From the human T2T-CHM13v2.0 reference genome, Homo sapiens: 64,000 nt of DNA. The notes under the pieces are model-generated. The model was not told the DNA's origin. It was given only the letters and a program-made list of their open reading frames with translations, and did no database searches. Position numbers and translations under genes: made by a program. The DNA lies in NCBI RefSeq assembly GCF_009914755.1, contig NC_060929.1; one strand, 5' to 3'. Shown here piece by piece: positions 29,862 through 46,211 of the stretch. Position 1 is the first letter of the stretch, and the number at the start of each line of letters is the position of its first letter.

Positions 29862-30210
29862 TGATATGGCTTGGCTGTGTCCCCACCCAAATCTCATCTT
29901 GAATTCCCACATGTTGTGGGAGGGACCCAGTGGGAGGTAACTGAATCATGGGGGCAGGTCTTTCCCATGCTGTTCTTATGATAGTAAGTCTCACGAGATC
30001 TGATGGCTTTATAAGGTGGAGTTTCCCTGCACAAGCTCTCTCTGCCTGCCGCCATCCACGTAAGATGTAACTTGCTCCTTCTTGCCTTCCGCCATGCTTG
30101 TGAGGCCTCCTAAGCCACGGGGAACTGGGAGTCCAATTAAACCTCTTTCTTGTGTAAACTGCCCAGCCTTGGGTATGTCTTTATCGGCAGCATGAAAACA
30201 GACTAATAAA
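29862..30210 (+). mobile_element. THE1B-like MaLR solo LTR
   Basis: tgatatggcttggctgtgtccccacccaaatctcatcttgaatt...agactaata. TSD ccaaa/ccaac. Confidence 0.9.
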
Positions 30211-30448
30211 CCAACACTCCAAAACGTGTGGCTCCGCTTGTGAAGAGCCTCATGATAGTTTTATAAAGTGCACAAAGAAGACCTGGTCAAAACAAACGGA
30301 AGACTCTTCATTACACAGAGCCACATCAGGAACAAATTACAAGGTATGCCCATTTTTTCTTTTGTTTAAAAATTAATATTAAAAGAAACTAGAAAATTCA
30401 ACATCTGTGATACTACTTAGGCATTCTTTCATTATCACTGAAGGGTGG

Positions 30449-30783
30449 TGCTATTGCCTGGATATTTGTGTTACCCCAAAATTTGTATACTGAATGCCTA
30501 ACCCCCACAAGGCAATGGGATTAGGAAAATAGGACTTTTGTGGGTGATTAGGTCATAAGGGGTTAACCCTCATGAAAGGGATTAATGACCTAATAAGAGA
30601 TCCAGGGGAGCTCCCTTGCCCCTTCCACTGTGTGAGGACATTCTACAACCTGGAAGAAGGCCCCACCATTACCCAACCATGCTGGCACCCTAATCTTAGA
30701 CTTCCAGCTTCCAGACTGAGAAATTTGTTTTTTATAAACCACCCAGTCTGCTGCAATTGGTTATAGCAGCCCAAACTAAGACA
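30449..30783 (+). mobile_element. MLT1A-like MaLR solo LTR
   Basis: tgctat...ccccaaaattt...gttatagcagcccaaactaagaca. Confidence 0.8.
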
Positions 30784-32250
30784 GGAAGGATATATAACCA
30801 TTTTTGGTTGAAATTTCTGAAACATTTAACTTCCATTAAAGGATCTAATTAGAATATCTCACCTTTAAAATAAATAATCGTTGAACGAGATATTTTTTGA
30901 AGCTGTTTTGATTTTGCCTTTCCTTGACTAATCTTGTTAACACTTCTTAACTGTAAAATGTTGTTATTGTCTCATAGCCTCTGAATATTCTATTGTTAAT
31001 AAAGTAAGAACTTTTTTTTTTCCATTTTAAACTAGAGTCAAGGGGTTGGCTTGCAAGCTAAGAACATTTTTAAGGAGTTTTTTTTGTTTGTTTGTTTTTT
31101 CAAAAAAGAATATGTGACCTACAAAGCCTAAATATTTATTATCTGACCTTTCACTAAAAAAAAAAAAAATACCAACCCCAGAACTAGACTAACAACAGCA
31201 GGCTCAATGCAAAGAAATATACCTTGGTCTACTTATTTTGAAATAGTGCTTTTATGACTAGCCAGGCAAGCCAAATTGATTGCTCCACCTACATTTGATG
31301 ACAGATCTGTCCAGAAGAACACTGGAAAGCAGGCCTCAGTTTAGTCTTCTTTGGGTTTTAATTTCACCATTTTTAGGATTCACTGAGGCACTAAATTTAG
31401 ATCTTAAATCCCACCTCAAAATCAGACAAGGTTCGTAGGCTATGGGCCATGAGTTGTTCATCATTTGCCCAATGTTCAGCAATAATCAAGTTTGGAAAAC
31501 ATCACGAAGTATCAACAATGCTAGGTAGTATACAGTGAATGCTAAATGAGGGATTATATGAATCTTAAGGAAAGTGGATAGTATGAAAGAGTCTGAGTGG
31601 ATTTAGATAGGTGGGCAGCACTGTCTAAACACAGGGCAGGGGCAAGGCCCAGATAAGAGGCATTTTGTGGCAGGAGGAGAGTCTGGCTGAAGCATAGATA
31701 CAGGAATTTCATAACAGGCGGTGATATAAACAATCTGGGGTTACAGCCTCAATAGAAGGGTCTCAGGAAAAGTATTTTAACACTCCTCACTGTATTGAAA
31801 GAAAATACAGACTCATACCATGGCTGTTCTCCTGAATAATCAAATAAATTTGGAATCTCTGGCATTCAGCCAAGTTCACGGGGAGTCACTAAGCATATAA
31901 ACTGGCTATGTGCAAAGCAGCCCTGCCCTGAGCTCCCGCAGGCCTGGGAGGTTTTCACTGATGCTGACACTCTCTTGGCACAGTTAAGTGTGCAGGGCTG
32001 CACTGGCTGCCAGAGAAGAACAATGGTCAGGGTGTTTTAAGAGCCATTTTTAACTAGAAGTTAATTTCTGGGTGTCAGGAATTGACAGGGAAGTTTTGGC
32101 TATCAAAGACTGTCCTAGGAGAGGATTTAAATGACTACGTCTCTACCCAAATCTGAGACTGACTCATGAAGCCAAGGTGCCCAGAGAAACAAGATGAGTC
32201 ATTGCTCAAGGAATTCGGGGGTGGGGCTTAGAGGTTAAATGTTGTACATA

Positions 32251-32635
<385 letters not shown>

Positions 32636-32758
32636 CTACCTAGAGTCAGTAAAATGCAGTGCATGGTTGCTCTGGCCTGCTTTCTTCTCCAGAAAGGTCT
32701 TGGTCTACAACAAATCTATTTATCTAGGCTTCTTTTTTTGCCATTATAACTTTACATC

Positions 32759-33177
32759 TGTTAAATCAAACTAAAATCTGGCCTGAAAACCCCCTGCTCA
32801 CATACTTGAGTTCTTCTGTACAAAGAACAACCTAATTTGGTAAGTAAGCAAACTGGGAGCCTGACTCAGGAATGTGCTTCTGTAACAGCAGCTGAGTCTC
32901 AGCCAGTCCCTGCAGCCATATTTCAACCACTCACAGCCATTCAAACCACGCTCAAATAAAGCTCCAAGGCCGAGCTGTAACCAATCCGGCAGTTTCTGCA
33001 CCTCGCTTCCATTTTCTGTACTCACTTTCCTTTTTCTGTCCATAAATTCTCCCTGACCACTTAGAAGCAGTGGAGTCATTCTGAATCTGCAGTGACTCTG
33101 AGGGCTGCCCAATTTGAAAGTCGTTTCTTCCTTGCCCAGTGACACCCTTAAATTTATCTAAAGTTGTTCTTTTAACA
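32759..33177 (+). mobile_element. MER57-family ERV1 solo LTR
   Basis: TGTTAAA...TTTAACA termini and core gccgagctgtaaccaatcc..tttctg..cctc.cttcc.ttttctgtac. Confidence 0.82.
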
Positions 33178-35481
33178 CAGTTGGTTCAAACTGACCCAAT
33201 TACCACACTATGGTTGACATCATTTTCCCGAGTTGATATCCTTCATATGTGGCTGCATGTCCACTGAGCAGGCCTGCCACTGAGGCCCTCTATTATATCA
33301 ATGTCATCCTCTCTATAGTAATTTTAATCTTTCACAAAACAGCCCTCAGTACAAGTTACTATTTGACCAATTACACAGACGTTAATGGGTGTTTTGAGAA
33401 GGGTCAAGGAAGAAGAGCAGAAAATGATGAAGTATGGAATATGTTATAGCTGAGAATTTTCTTTAAAATTACAAACAGTGGGTCAAAGTTATGTGTCAGT
33501 CACTTCCAGAATGCCATTTTACTTCCAGAGATCTGCATGAGCTGACCTTCAAAATAAATGGACTAGGGTTCAGACCAAGTAATCAATCCATCAATACAGC
33601 ATGGGATCCTGATTATCAAGAAACCCCACAGAGCTCACAGAACTCAGCAGCCCCCTCCCAAGGTGCCTATTCCCTCACTTGTAAAACAGTGGCAGTCATC
33701 CCTCATCTTTTCATGGAAATTTAGTCAAAAATAAAAGTAGTGTAAAATGCAAATCATCATCAAGATCAATCAAAACTCAGATTTCTAGATTTCTCATAAA
33801 GAGGGACTTGGACACTAACACAGACAGGTGAGCGAAAAACAAACCACAATAGCTAGTGAGACAAAAGCTAGACCTAGTGAGGTCTAGCCCAGGGCATACA
33901 AAGCACGCCCACACATTCAAACGCCCTTCAGTCCAGTCACAGGCCCATGCTCTGGGAAGAGCTCTCAGGATAGTAACGGCTCTAGCTATTGCTCAGCCTT
34001 CCGGGTCTGCCCTGGTCCTCGTGCTCTAATTAAAAAGAAAAAAATATGTTGTCTCGCTTAAGAAAGAATGCTGATTTTTTTCTAATAGGATAAATGAACA
34101 GAAGATGTCAGAATAGTATTTGCTGCTAACTACCTTCAGATAAGTCACATTTTCCATGCCGCATCTGCAGAAACATTTGAGTGTGTGTCTTAAAAAGGAA
34201 GCCCTAAATTCTGCTGAATCATACTCTGTGCTTCTTCACAAAATTTAATTAATGTAAGATGAAAGCTTTGAAAATTAGCTGTTGTAATGGCTTGAGGTTC
34301 TGACTTTGAATTTTATATAACACATCTACAATTTACATATTCTTTTAATGTTTGGAATTTGTTTTTTCAAATAAAAGCAAGATTCTAGTAAAACATTTTA
34401 AATTATCTCTGAGACTAATTCCCATTAGTTTACCCTTAATGTTACATATTGTGCATTTTAAGTCTAAGCATTAAATTATCATACGGCACTTAATGTGATC
34501 AAAGGGAAAAACACAGGAAATGACAAATTTACACAGAACACAACTGTATAAAAATCCCCTTATAAAGAAAATTAAGACAAAAATTATAGCTGATCTATTA
34601 GGGTACAGATTTTCTAACCCTCCTCTCTGTTCCCCCTAAATAATGATAATGCAGGACATATTAATACACCCAAATATATAGTGTTTTATTAATACTTTAT
34701 ATGTAAAGAGAACATTATAAAAAAATAAAAATCAAGTAAAATTGACCTTTAAAAATCCCTTGAATGTGTCCTGAAGCCTGGTCTTGCATTAGTTACTCTC
34801 AAAAAACTACGTATTCATCTCTAGTTTGATAATGCAAAATGTGGGTGCAAATCTTCGTAAGGCCTCACTGCCAGCTTTGTATGATGCAAATGCAAATTGC
34901 TATGCTGCTGCTCTACAGGTTGGCATCAGAACTGGACCTGGAAGTTGTATAGATGACAGGCTCCAGAAGTGGCAACTGCCTTTCCCAGCAGTTGAAACCT
35001 TTCTGGTCCCTTGCAGAGCACTCTGGGAATGTTTTAGAAAATGGGAGGAAAACAAAATCTGCTCAAATAGGAACAAGGACAGCTGCCTTCACTTAACAAT
35101 GATCAAAACCCAACTCCTCACCACAGCAGAGCCCAGAAGGAAAGAAGCTCTGCTGCTGTTCGCCCACACTGAGCAGATGAGGAGAGTGGCTCCCAGTTAG
35201 GGAGGAGGTTAACAAGCAACAGCAGCCTGTTGTCCCAGTCCTTCAGATTAGTTACCTGCTGTGATTACACAGAAGCTGTGTTCCAGAAAACCACTTCAGG
35301 AAACGTCCCAAAGTAAGGGCACACATCAACTACTTCTCAGCATGAAACTTACAGATTTGCAGATCATCTGTTTCACCTTTTGCTACTGGCTAATTTATTA
35401 GGACAGGTGAGGACACTGATGCTGAGCACATTAATTCCATGCAGCACATAACCTAACCGTCAACAGACACAAAGTACTTAC

Positions 35482-35539
35482 TGCCACAAACAGCATGCAG
35501 TACATGGAAAACGAAGAGTGGCCTGAATAGAAGGACAAC
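35482..35539 (-). CDS. PLPP1: PLPP1 58-nt coding exon carrying PAP2 motif C2
   Basis: tttttcttccag acceptor, GTAAGT donor. (R)LSFYSGHSSFSMYCMLFVA, phases match both neighbours. Missed by the ORF track. Confidence 0.96.
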
Positions 35540-36002
35540 CTGGAAGAAAAAGAAGACAAATGTTACTTTTCTCTCTTAGGAGCCAAAAGTATTCTTGATT
35601 TCATAAATCTGCTCCTTAGTTTCAGAGTGTACACAACTGCCTCCCTCTACTTTGAGAAATTAGAAGGGTACGGCAGGGGGACAATTAGGACATGAACATT
35701 AAAGAGTGCAAGAAGGATCTGAGGTCAGATCTCTATACAGTATCATTTTATTGAAACCTTCAGGATGGGTAATGTGTCATGAAAATAAACTTGCCAAGCA
35801 ATTCTAAGATGTCAGAAGAATGATACTTGACAAGTCATAACTGGCACAAATTGCCTTGACTTTATTACATACACACTTATGTGACCATGATTTAAGTTTT
35901 ATTTTCCACTTGCAGGATTAGTCCCTGAATAATGTCATACCTCCTTGGGAACACTCAGAAGCTGATTGCTTTTTTCCATCCATATTAATATTTTAGTATT
36001 TT

Positions 36003-36377
<375 letters not shown>

Positions 36378-36810
36378 CTATAAACATCTAAGTATCATCT
36401 TCCCCACCTAAAAATGACAGAATGCTTACAAAACTTAATTTTGTGGCACTTCTGAGAAAAGAAAAATAGAGCTAACATTAAAGATCTAAGATTTGCTTAT
36501 ACAGAATGAGCCACTGATGCAGAAGAGGCAAGCACATCAGGCACAGTGAAAGTATGCCACGAAAAGATGCTCATGCAAATAACTAGAATGCATCTCCCAA
36601 CCACTTTTCCCTATGTAAGAATAAGAACAAAAACAAGAGGGACCGGCTCTTAAGTAATTTACTTATTACACTCTGCCTTGTTCAAAAGGAATTTAAGGGA
36701 GACGTTTGTTCCCTGAATTCAGACAGGAGAGAAACCTCCTCACACACATACTGGAAAGTCACGTGTGTATGTTTGGCAGCTGCCAGTGGGTGGGAAAGAA
36801 AGGATTACTT

Positions 36811-36892
<82 letters not shown>

Positions 36893-36899
36893 TATATAT
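36811..36899. repeat. Compound microsatellite (A)n(TA)n(CA)n
   Basis: About 16 A, about 22 TA, about 11 CA, contiguous. Confidence 0.95.
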
Positions 36900-37716
36900 G
36901 ATTCTACCAAGAATTTTGATTGTCTTTTTGTAATCAGATACATGCCTAAGAAAGAGAATTCTGTAAATTCCTGTGCCAACCAGGAATTATGTAATTAAAC
37001 CCAATAATTATTCTGGGTTTAGTCTACGTAAAGGAAGAAAAATAAATCACTTTTTAACCTTGCTATTTGACCACACAGAATGGATCAATACGAATAGTAA
37101 TTTTAAATCAGATAATTAGAGCACAGCTCTGCATATTTTATAGTTTCAATGTTTTATTGAAGAGCCTACAAGTTAATAAAAGCCAATTTCAAGGATTGTC
37201 AAAGCCCACCAAGCCAACATATCCATAATCACAGAAATATTCTCAAAGCCAAGCAAGTGAGGTCTCACTAAATCCTTTACACTGTGCTATAAAATCATGA
37301 ACTGCAAACTAATTTAGGTAATAGTTTTAAACAGCTCTGAATCAGCCATAGAATGATTTCATTTGTTGGTTTCCATTTTTTACACTGAATACAAAAACAG
37401 ATATTTTATTCAGTATAGAATTTGTGAAGAAGTCTGGCTATGACTTTGACAGACAGGGATTAAAAACAAAGGGGTAATTCTATTCAATCTCAGTGTCTAT
37501 GTCTTTATCCATAGTAATTTAACAAACATCATAATATGGTCTTTTATTTCTATTAAGCAAACAGAATAAAGCACAAAACAATGGAAATTCAAAGCATTCA
37601 TATTCCATATAAATCTAACTCTTTATCGGAGTCTTTAGTAGATACAGCTCTTAAGGATATCTTATTATGACCAGAATTCACAAATAGACTAAATATCTGT
37701 ATGGGTGGTTTAATAA

Positions 37717-38121
<405 letters not shown>

Positions 38122-38395
38122 TAACCAATTCTAGATTTTAACCAATCCTAGACTATCATCTCACTTCATTATAGCCTCTCTGATGAAGGCAAGTACAGTA
38201 CAGTAACAATGTGAGCCAGCTTTCCAACCAAATCTTACGAAAATCTTCTCAGGAAGAAAATTTACGGAGAGAAAAATGTATTTTGAAATGCTGCTGTTTT
38301 CACTGACTCTGAGGGGTGGTCTACTGAACAATAAGCCAGCTTCAATTATTAAGTAAACTGATTTTGACTACATAAATCACTATGAATGGGATTCT

Positions 38396-38397
<2 letters not shown>

Positions 38398-38444
<47 letters not shown>

Positions 38445-38720
38445 TGGAGTCTCGCTCTGTTACCCAGGCTGGAGTGCAGTGGCGTGATTTGGCTCACTGC
38501 CACCTCTGCCTCCTGGGTTCAAGTGATTCTCCTGTCTCACCCTCCTGAGTAGCTGGGACTACAGGTGCGCACCACCACGCCCAGCTAATTGTTGTATTTT
38601 TAGTAGAGATGGGGTTTCGCCCTGTTGGCCAGGCTGGTCTTGAACTCCTGACCTCAGGTGATCTGCCCGCCTCGGCCTCCCAAAGTACTGGGATTACAGG
38701 CGTGAGCCACCGCGCCTAGC
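38398..38720 (-). mobile_element. AluSx-like whose tail is a (TG)~22 microsatellite
   Basis: TSD tgggattctatt encloses both the TG repeat and the Alu. Confidence 0.92.
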
Positions 38721-39143
38721 CTGGGATTCTATTTCAAATGGCAACTTTATGATGTTTTTTTCCTCACATTTGCCAGCCAGGGCACCCCCTTCTCAGAGCT
38801 GATTAAACTTGGCCTGATCCCCAATATCATGGCATTGAGAGCATTCATAGCCATCTGCCTGCATCCGCCTGCCCCCATGCATGTGAGTTCCCTCCTCGAC
38901 TGAGCATTCTTCTATCTCTGTGCTCCAACATCCACATCCATGTTCAGCCTCATAAATCGCAAAGACACAATCAAATCCATCCTTCATCAGCATCAAAAGC
39001 AATCAACTCATATAAAGCATATCTTAATTTAGTATTTTGGGGCTCAGAAGGAGGTTAAATCACAAAGAACCCAGCTGATCATCTCTGATCTCTTCCCACC
39101 ACCTGACTTTCTTCCTTTCCTCCTCCCTACTCTCCAAAGTTAA

Positions 39144-39509
<366 letters not shown>

Positions 39510-40350
39510 TACATTCATTCTTGAATGATGGTATTCCTGAGTACAGAATTCTAAATTGATGACTTTTTTTCTCATCGCTTTGAGGCTATCATTGCGCTAT
39601 CTTCTGGCTTCTGCTTTTGCTGTTAAAATATAAGCCATCTGTCAGCCAGTTCTTTCTGGGTAATCTGTCTTTTCTCTGTAACTGCTTCCTCTCCTCCTGC
39701 CCCCATCAATCAATATTCTAGTTTTACTGCATTGTGTCTAGTACTAGGATTTCCTTTTATTGCTCTAGTTTAGTATTCATTGGCTTCTTCTATCTGAGGA
39801 CTCACCAATTTGTAGAAGTCCTCAGCCACCTTTGCATACTGGGCATCCTCCATCCTCGTACCTTTCTATGGGATGCTGATTCAACACGTAAGACCTTTGC
39901 ATTCTATTCCTCCAGATCTCTTACCCTTTCTTCTCTATTTTTCATCTAGGTCTCTTTAGGTGTATCTTTCATTTTGTCATCCCTTTCACTGTATCTAATC
40001 TGCTTAATCAATATGTTACACTGTAAATTTTAAATTACCATATATGTATCATTTACAAATCCCTTTGGTTCCAAACCTACTTGGCCAACTTTGATTCTCT
40101 TCATCCCACATCATATTTTCTATCTCCTCTTATTTTAGTCTACACCTGGTAATTCTAATATCTGTAATCTCTTTGAGAGTTTAGGTAATTTGTTGTATTT
40201 GCTGACTGTCTCAGGGTAGCTTGTTTCCACATAGGTCCATTTATATTAGAATGAAGTCATTAGGACTCTATCTGAGGGGAATCTTTGAGCCTTGGTTTAA
40301 GGAGAGTTCCTCCAGAGAAGGTATGTGTTCACTTATGCTGGGTTCACTAC
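39510..40350 (-). mobile_element. Very old L1ME-like fragment
   Basis: cattcttgaatgat...agaattcta...tcttctggcttct..ttttgctgtt pattern of antisense old L1. Confidence 0.55.
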
Positions 40351-42116
40351 CAATACACTTTAAACTTCAAGCTTTTTTTCCTTTTCCTTCCTAAACCAAA
40401 TAGTATGAATTCTTGCTCCAGACCAGTGTGAGTGTGGTCCTGTGTTTAAGAATTCTTTTTAATAGCTCCCACGGGGAGGATGCTGCCACTCTTCGGGAGT
40501 TCTCACATTATCCACATGTCTTTTATGTCCTCTTCCCCGGCCTCAGCCTTTATATCTGTGCCCCATGTTCACTGCCTATCAAAACTCAGTGTCTATGCCA
40601 CCAGGAACCGGCAGATACTTTCAAGGACCACACTGGATCTACAGCACTAACTGACGCAGGCCTCAGAAAAATCCCTTTACTCTCCCACCAGCTAAACTAT
40701 TTACTAAAAACACTTAAATGTGTTTCAAGATGTGTATATATAATTTAAGATACAGTATACACAAGTGTGTGTGTAACATATCATGTAGCACGTTTAGCTG
40801 AACTATTATCAGTAGGCACTTCTAATCCTCCATGTTACCAGAAATAGAAGCAGGCTTTTTTAAAAGAACACTTAGAACTAATGAAATGCTATCTAAAATC
40901 AGTCACTTTACTAACAGACAAAATAGTTTCAGCAACAGCGGTTTGTTTTTAATTATACAGTGACCAATGCTCAAAAATGTTTCAAATTATTACTATACCA
41001 CCATTTCCCCCAGGTATGCCAAAGTTGGTTCTGCTACAAATTAGAATTTCCTTTTTCCCCTAAAAATCATCCTGAAATTGATTCCCAAAGCATTATAAGG
41101 CAGAAAGGTTGTTTAAAGACTTATAATTGTTACAAGTTACTGAGTATGTTCAGGTACTTAATACACAGCGTTTCTACTTTCACAAAAACTCTCGTGCTCA
41201 CACAGAGATAATGATTCTCAGACAGGTTCAGTAACTTGCTCGAAAAGTCACATGTCTCTGCAGCTCAAATCTGAGTCTTCCCAACTCTTTCTGTGCCATG
41301 ATTTCACTCTTGTCAATGGTAGACAGACAAAGAGGAACTTTAATCCTGCCATCTCCAGGCAGGGGAGTTCCATCACAAAGTACAGTTTACATGTGGCAAA
41401 ATGTGTAAAGTAAATATACGAAGAAGAAATTAGACTTAATCCATGAAGAAATAGATGTTGTCAATGTAAAAATTGTCTTCTTTAGAGACAGGGTCTCGCT
41501 CTGTCACTCAGGCTAGAGTTCAGTAAATAATCATTTTAAGTGAATACCAATTTGTCTTTTTTGTACACTCTAAATGCAAAAAAAAGGAAATCAAACCATA
41601 ACGAGGCATTTTCTCAAATGTTATTTCCTGATTATAAAGTTTATATAACAGTAGATTAACCTGAAGTATAGCATAAGTTCCCCTCTCTGATAATCTTTAA
41701 ACATGGACTGATCCTATAAAAAAGTTAAAATGTCCTGTACAAATGCTACAAATGGATATATGAGCAATGACCTCTTAATGAACATAAACTTTTCCTAAGT
41801 ATATTAGTCATAGTTTATTTCAGAAAGATTTTGACAATCGATAACTGTGCTAAATGATTTGGCAATGAGATATCAGATTATTATCTACAAGAATCTCACA
41901 TCTAAGATACTTAAGGAATCAAGTAGGTGATGAATGAGAAAATGAGCACTCTCATATTGCACACTTTCTGGAGGATGGTTTGGAAATATCAATCAACATA
42001 GGAAAAATGTATTATGTGACTCAGTAATTCCACTTTGAGGTATGTCTCCTAGAGAAATGCAGACGTTTACTGCAACACTGCCGGAAACTCAAGGACCCAA
42101 GGAAGATTCTAGCACC

Positions 42117-42434
<318 letters not shown>

Positions 42435-42440
42435 TGAATA

Positions 42441-42761
42441 CTGTCGCCCCATGGTATCTGTGGGGAACTGGTTCCTGGACCTTCCAAGGATACCAAAATC
42501 CATGGATGCTCAAGTCCCTGATATAAAATGACACAGTATTTGCATATAACCTACACACATTATCCCATATACTTTAAATCATCTCTAGATTACCTCCAAT
42601 ACCTAATACAATGTAAATGCTATGTAAATAGTTGTCCTACTGTATTGCTTAGGGAATAATGGCAAGAAAAAAGTCTGTATACGTTCAGTACAGATGCAAT
42701 TTTTTTCACAAGTATTTTCAATCCACAGTTAGTTGAATCCACAGATATGGAGAACTGATTG
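42441..42761. mobile_element. MER2 (TcMar-Tigger MITE)
   Basis: TA-flanked. ggataccaaaatccatggatgctcaagtccctgatataaaatg...atttgcatataacctac. Confidence 0.88.
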
Positions 42762-44806
42762 TACAACATATTAACTAAAATGAATAGCTCTATGTGAACT
42801 GATACAAGCTGTGTCTCCAAGACATATTTTAAATGTTACTTATTTAATCCACACAAACTATACAATTTCACATTCAATATAAAAATACATAGCAAAATGA
42901 CTGAAAGGAAATACAAACTATTAACAGCAGCTCCAGGGAAAGGTATCAAATGGGGGTTAAACTAAACTTTCACATAACACGGTGATAATACTGGAAACAC
43001 AACTTGATGTAAAAGGGATAATATATATGTGACAATATTTTAAAGTAATGGTTGTCAAAATATCTGACATGCCTGCTACAGATTTCTTACAAATCTCTTC
43101 CCCGCCAAATACACACACACAGTCTACATTTCTCTTCCTAATAGTTTCCCCAAGAGTTTCTTGGCTAAAAGTGCCACTACTCCGAGTATAAACACAGCTC
43201 CCTACCTACAAACTCATGCCCAGAACCCAGCAGTGAATCGGGCCCTGTTCTCACATCTTGCAGTTAAAATGTTTTAACATATATATGTATTTATAAATAC
43301 CGCATGTTGTGTTTCCAATAAAAATATACAATATACATATAATTTAAAAGGAAGTCAAATTACAACATGAGGCATTTTCTTCAAATGTTTCTTCAAATGT
43401 TTGATACCCTGAAATTCAGTAAATTAACTCTGCCATTTTTATAACTAATGCAGCTAATAAATATACTTAAATACTGAATGTTTAGGAAGGGGAGGCTTTT
43501 TAAAGAAATCACATTTCTAGAAATGTCTAGAACTATAAGAAACACAGGGTACCTCTCCCAAAGGGTACAGAGATGAAGGTAATAAATGGTAAAGGAATAT
43601 AAAACGGTCCCCACCAAAATTAACTAAAATATAATATAACAAAAAATTATATAGACTCATCTTATTTCCTTGAACCACCTAGAAAGTGAGAAATTGTTTC
43701 ATTTGCAGCAAAAAATCCTGTCATATACTCCTTGAATTATTTTTACAATTATTTTAATACATTTCCATTTAAAGCTACTCTATTATATAGGTCAATTTTA
43801 ACCAAGCCACATTACATAGAGAGACACATACCCATCTGAAATAAGACAGAAGTGACTATTCTATTTTAGTCATTAATTCCTCAAATACCACTCCACAGCC
43901 ACTAACATCTGTGAATCACATGCCGAGTGACTGACATCTACAGATATTAGGTCATAAACCTTAAAGGAGAGAAACTAGCAGGAACATGGACAATGAAAAA
44001 AGAGTGGGGAAATGTAGGACACAGTAGGTATGTGTGTAGGGTATTTAGAACTTGTTATCATGTGTGTCTTCTGTTTCTGGAAGAATCTTGCAAAAAAACG
44101 AATCTAGAAAATAGGAGGTTGCTGAGAATCTTAAGATAAAGGAAAGCAGAACTCGGTATATCTTGAAAATAACATGACTGGGAAAGAAATGCTTCCAAAC
44201 TCTCAGCAGGGAAACTTGGTGACTACTGTAACAGATGAGGAGAGATGAGGCTGTGACGAAGGCTGCTGACAAAAAGGGTAAAACACATACAACTACTAAC
44301 CAGGGGAAGGAAAGATCATAAGTTTCCTTGGTTATTAAGGAAAATTCATGACCTCATACAAAAATACTCCAAATCACCAAAGCCACTTTACCTAACAGTA
44401 AAACTACAGTCAAAAAGGAAACAAGGGACAAGCGGTGGATGAAACGAACGATACACTGTGCGTCACTCCTTTGCAGGCAACTGTAACACCTTGCCCACCA
44501 CCCACCCCCTTTGTAAAAACACTGAACAAGAAGACTCCCTTGCTAAAAGGTAAATTCTTTCAGAATAATACAGAAGGAAGAGACAATTTTAAATCACTTT
44601 CTAAAGTACGCATTGTTATTGTTTTAAGAGGCAGGACTGCTAACTAGAAACGAGACCCTGAGACTTCTACTCTAAGCCCTCACTCCAAAAGACAACACCA
44701 AGGCCAAGAACATCTACTACAACCTGGCAGTAGGCTCCACTTATGACCCTCCTGCAGATAATGAAATCATCACTCTTGGTGACTAGGGTCAAGAAAGATA
44801 AGCCTT

Positions 44807-44957
44807 AGCTGGTGCAGTAGCTCACGCCTGTAATCCCAGTGCTTAGGGAGGCCAAGGTGGGAGGCCCACTTGAGCCCAGGAGTTTGAGATCAGCCTGGGC
44901 TACACAGTGAGACCCTGTCTCTACAAAAAAAATTTGTTTTAATTAGGCAGGCGTGAT
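44807..44957 (+). mobile_element. Alu left-arm fragment
   Basis: Left monomer + mid A-rich linker. Confidence 0.8.
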
Positions 44958-45217
44958 AGTAAAAAAGAAAGATAACGCTCAAGACACCAATAAAAGTGTT
45001 TTTAGTATTATGCCAATACAGAAATTTAGATTTGAGTTGAAGGAGACACCACCAATGGCAAGAGAAGGCAAAAGCCCACACAAATGTAAAATTATTAGAG
45101 CCCAGTAGGAGGCTGCCAGACAGGTCACCTCCTATTCCTTTAAGATTAAAACCAGACGATGTCACTACAGCTCATGTTACCAGGAGGACTAACACAGTGC
45201 CACAATAATTCACTTAG

Positions 45218-45522
<305 letters not shown>

Positions 45523-45801
45523 CAATAGACAAAGGCAGAAAAGTCACATTTCCTTCAGTATCCCAAGCCCTTCTGCTGTTAGAGAAAAGAAACCAATTCT
45601 TATCGTACAACATTTAGGTGCCCATTTTAGTATATTTAAAGAGTGGAAAGCTGAATAATTTTTACAAGTATAGGAAAAAAAACATGAGCTTGTTACTCTC
45701 CTGCTTCAAGTCCTTCACTAGAACAAACTGTTGAGCAAAGAGTAAACACACTCTTCCTAAGCCCCAACAGCTCCAGAACCATCACTTGCCAACAAACTAC
45801 T

Positions 45802-46211
45802 TGATATAGTTTGGATGGGCATCCCCTCTAAATCTCATGTTGAAATGTGATCCCCAATGTTGGAGGTGGGGCCTAGCGGGAGGTATTGGATCACTGGAAT
45901 GGATCCCTCATGAATGGTTTAGTGCCATCCCCTTGGTGATGAGTGAGTTCTCACTCAGTTCACATGAGATCTGGTTGTTTAAAAGAGTCTGGGACCTTCT
46001 CTTTCCCTGTCGCTCATGTGCCATGTGGTATGCCTGTTTCCTCCTTCACCTTCCACCATGACTGTAAACTTCCTGAGGCCCTCACCAGAAGCCAAGCAGA
46101 TGTTGGTGCCATGCTTACACAGCCTATAGAACCATAAGCCAAAATAAACCTCATTTATTAATTACCCAGTCTCAGATATTCCTTTATAGCAATGCAAAAC
46201 AGTGTAATACA
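45802..46211 (+). mobile_element. MSTB-like MaLR solo LTR
   Basis: TG...CA termini, perfect 5-bp TSD ctact (45797-45801 / 46212-46216). Confidence 0.9.
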
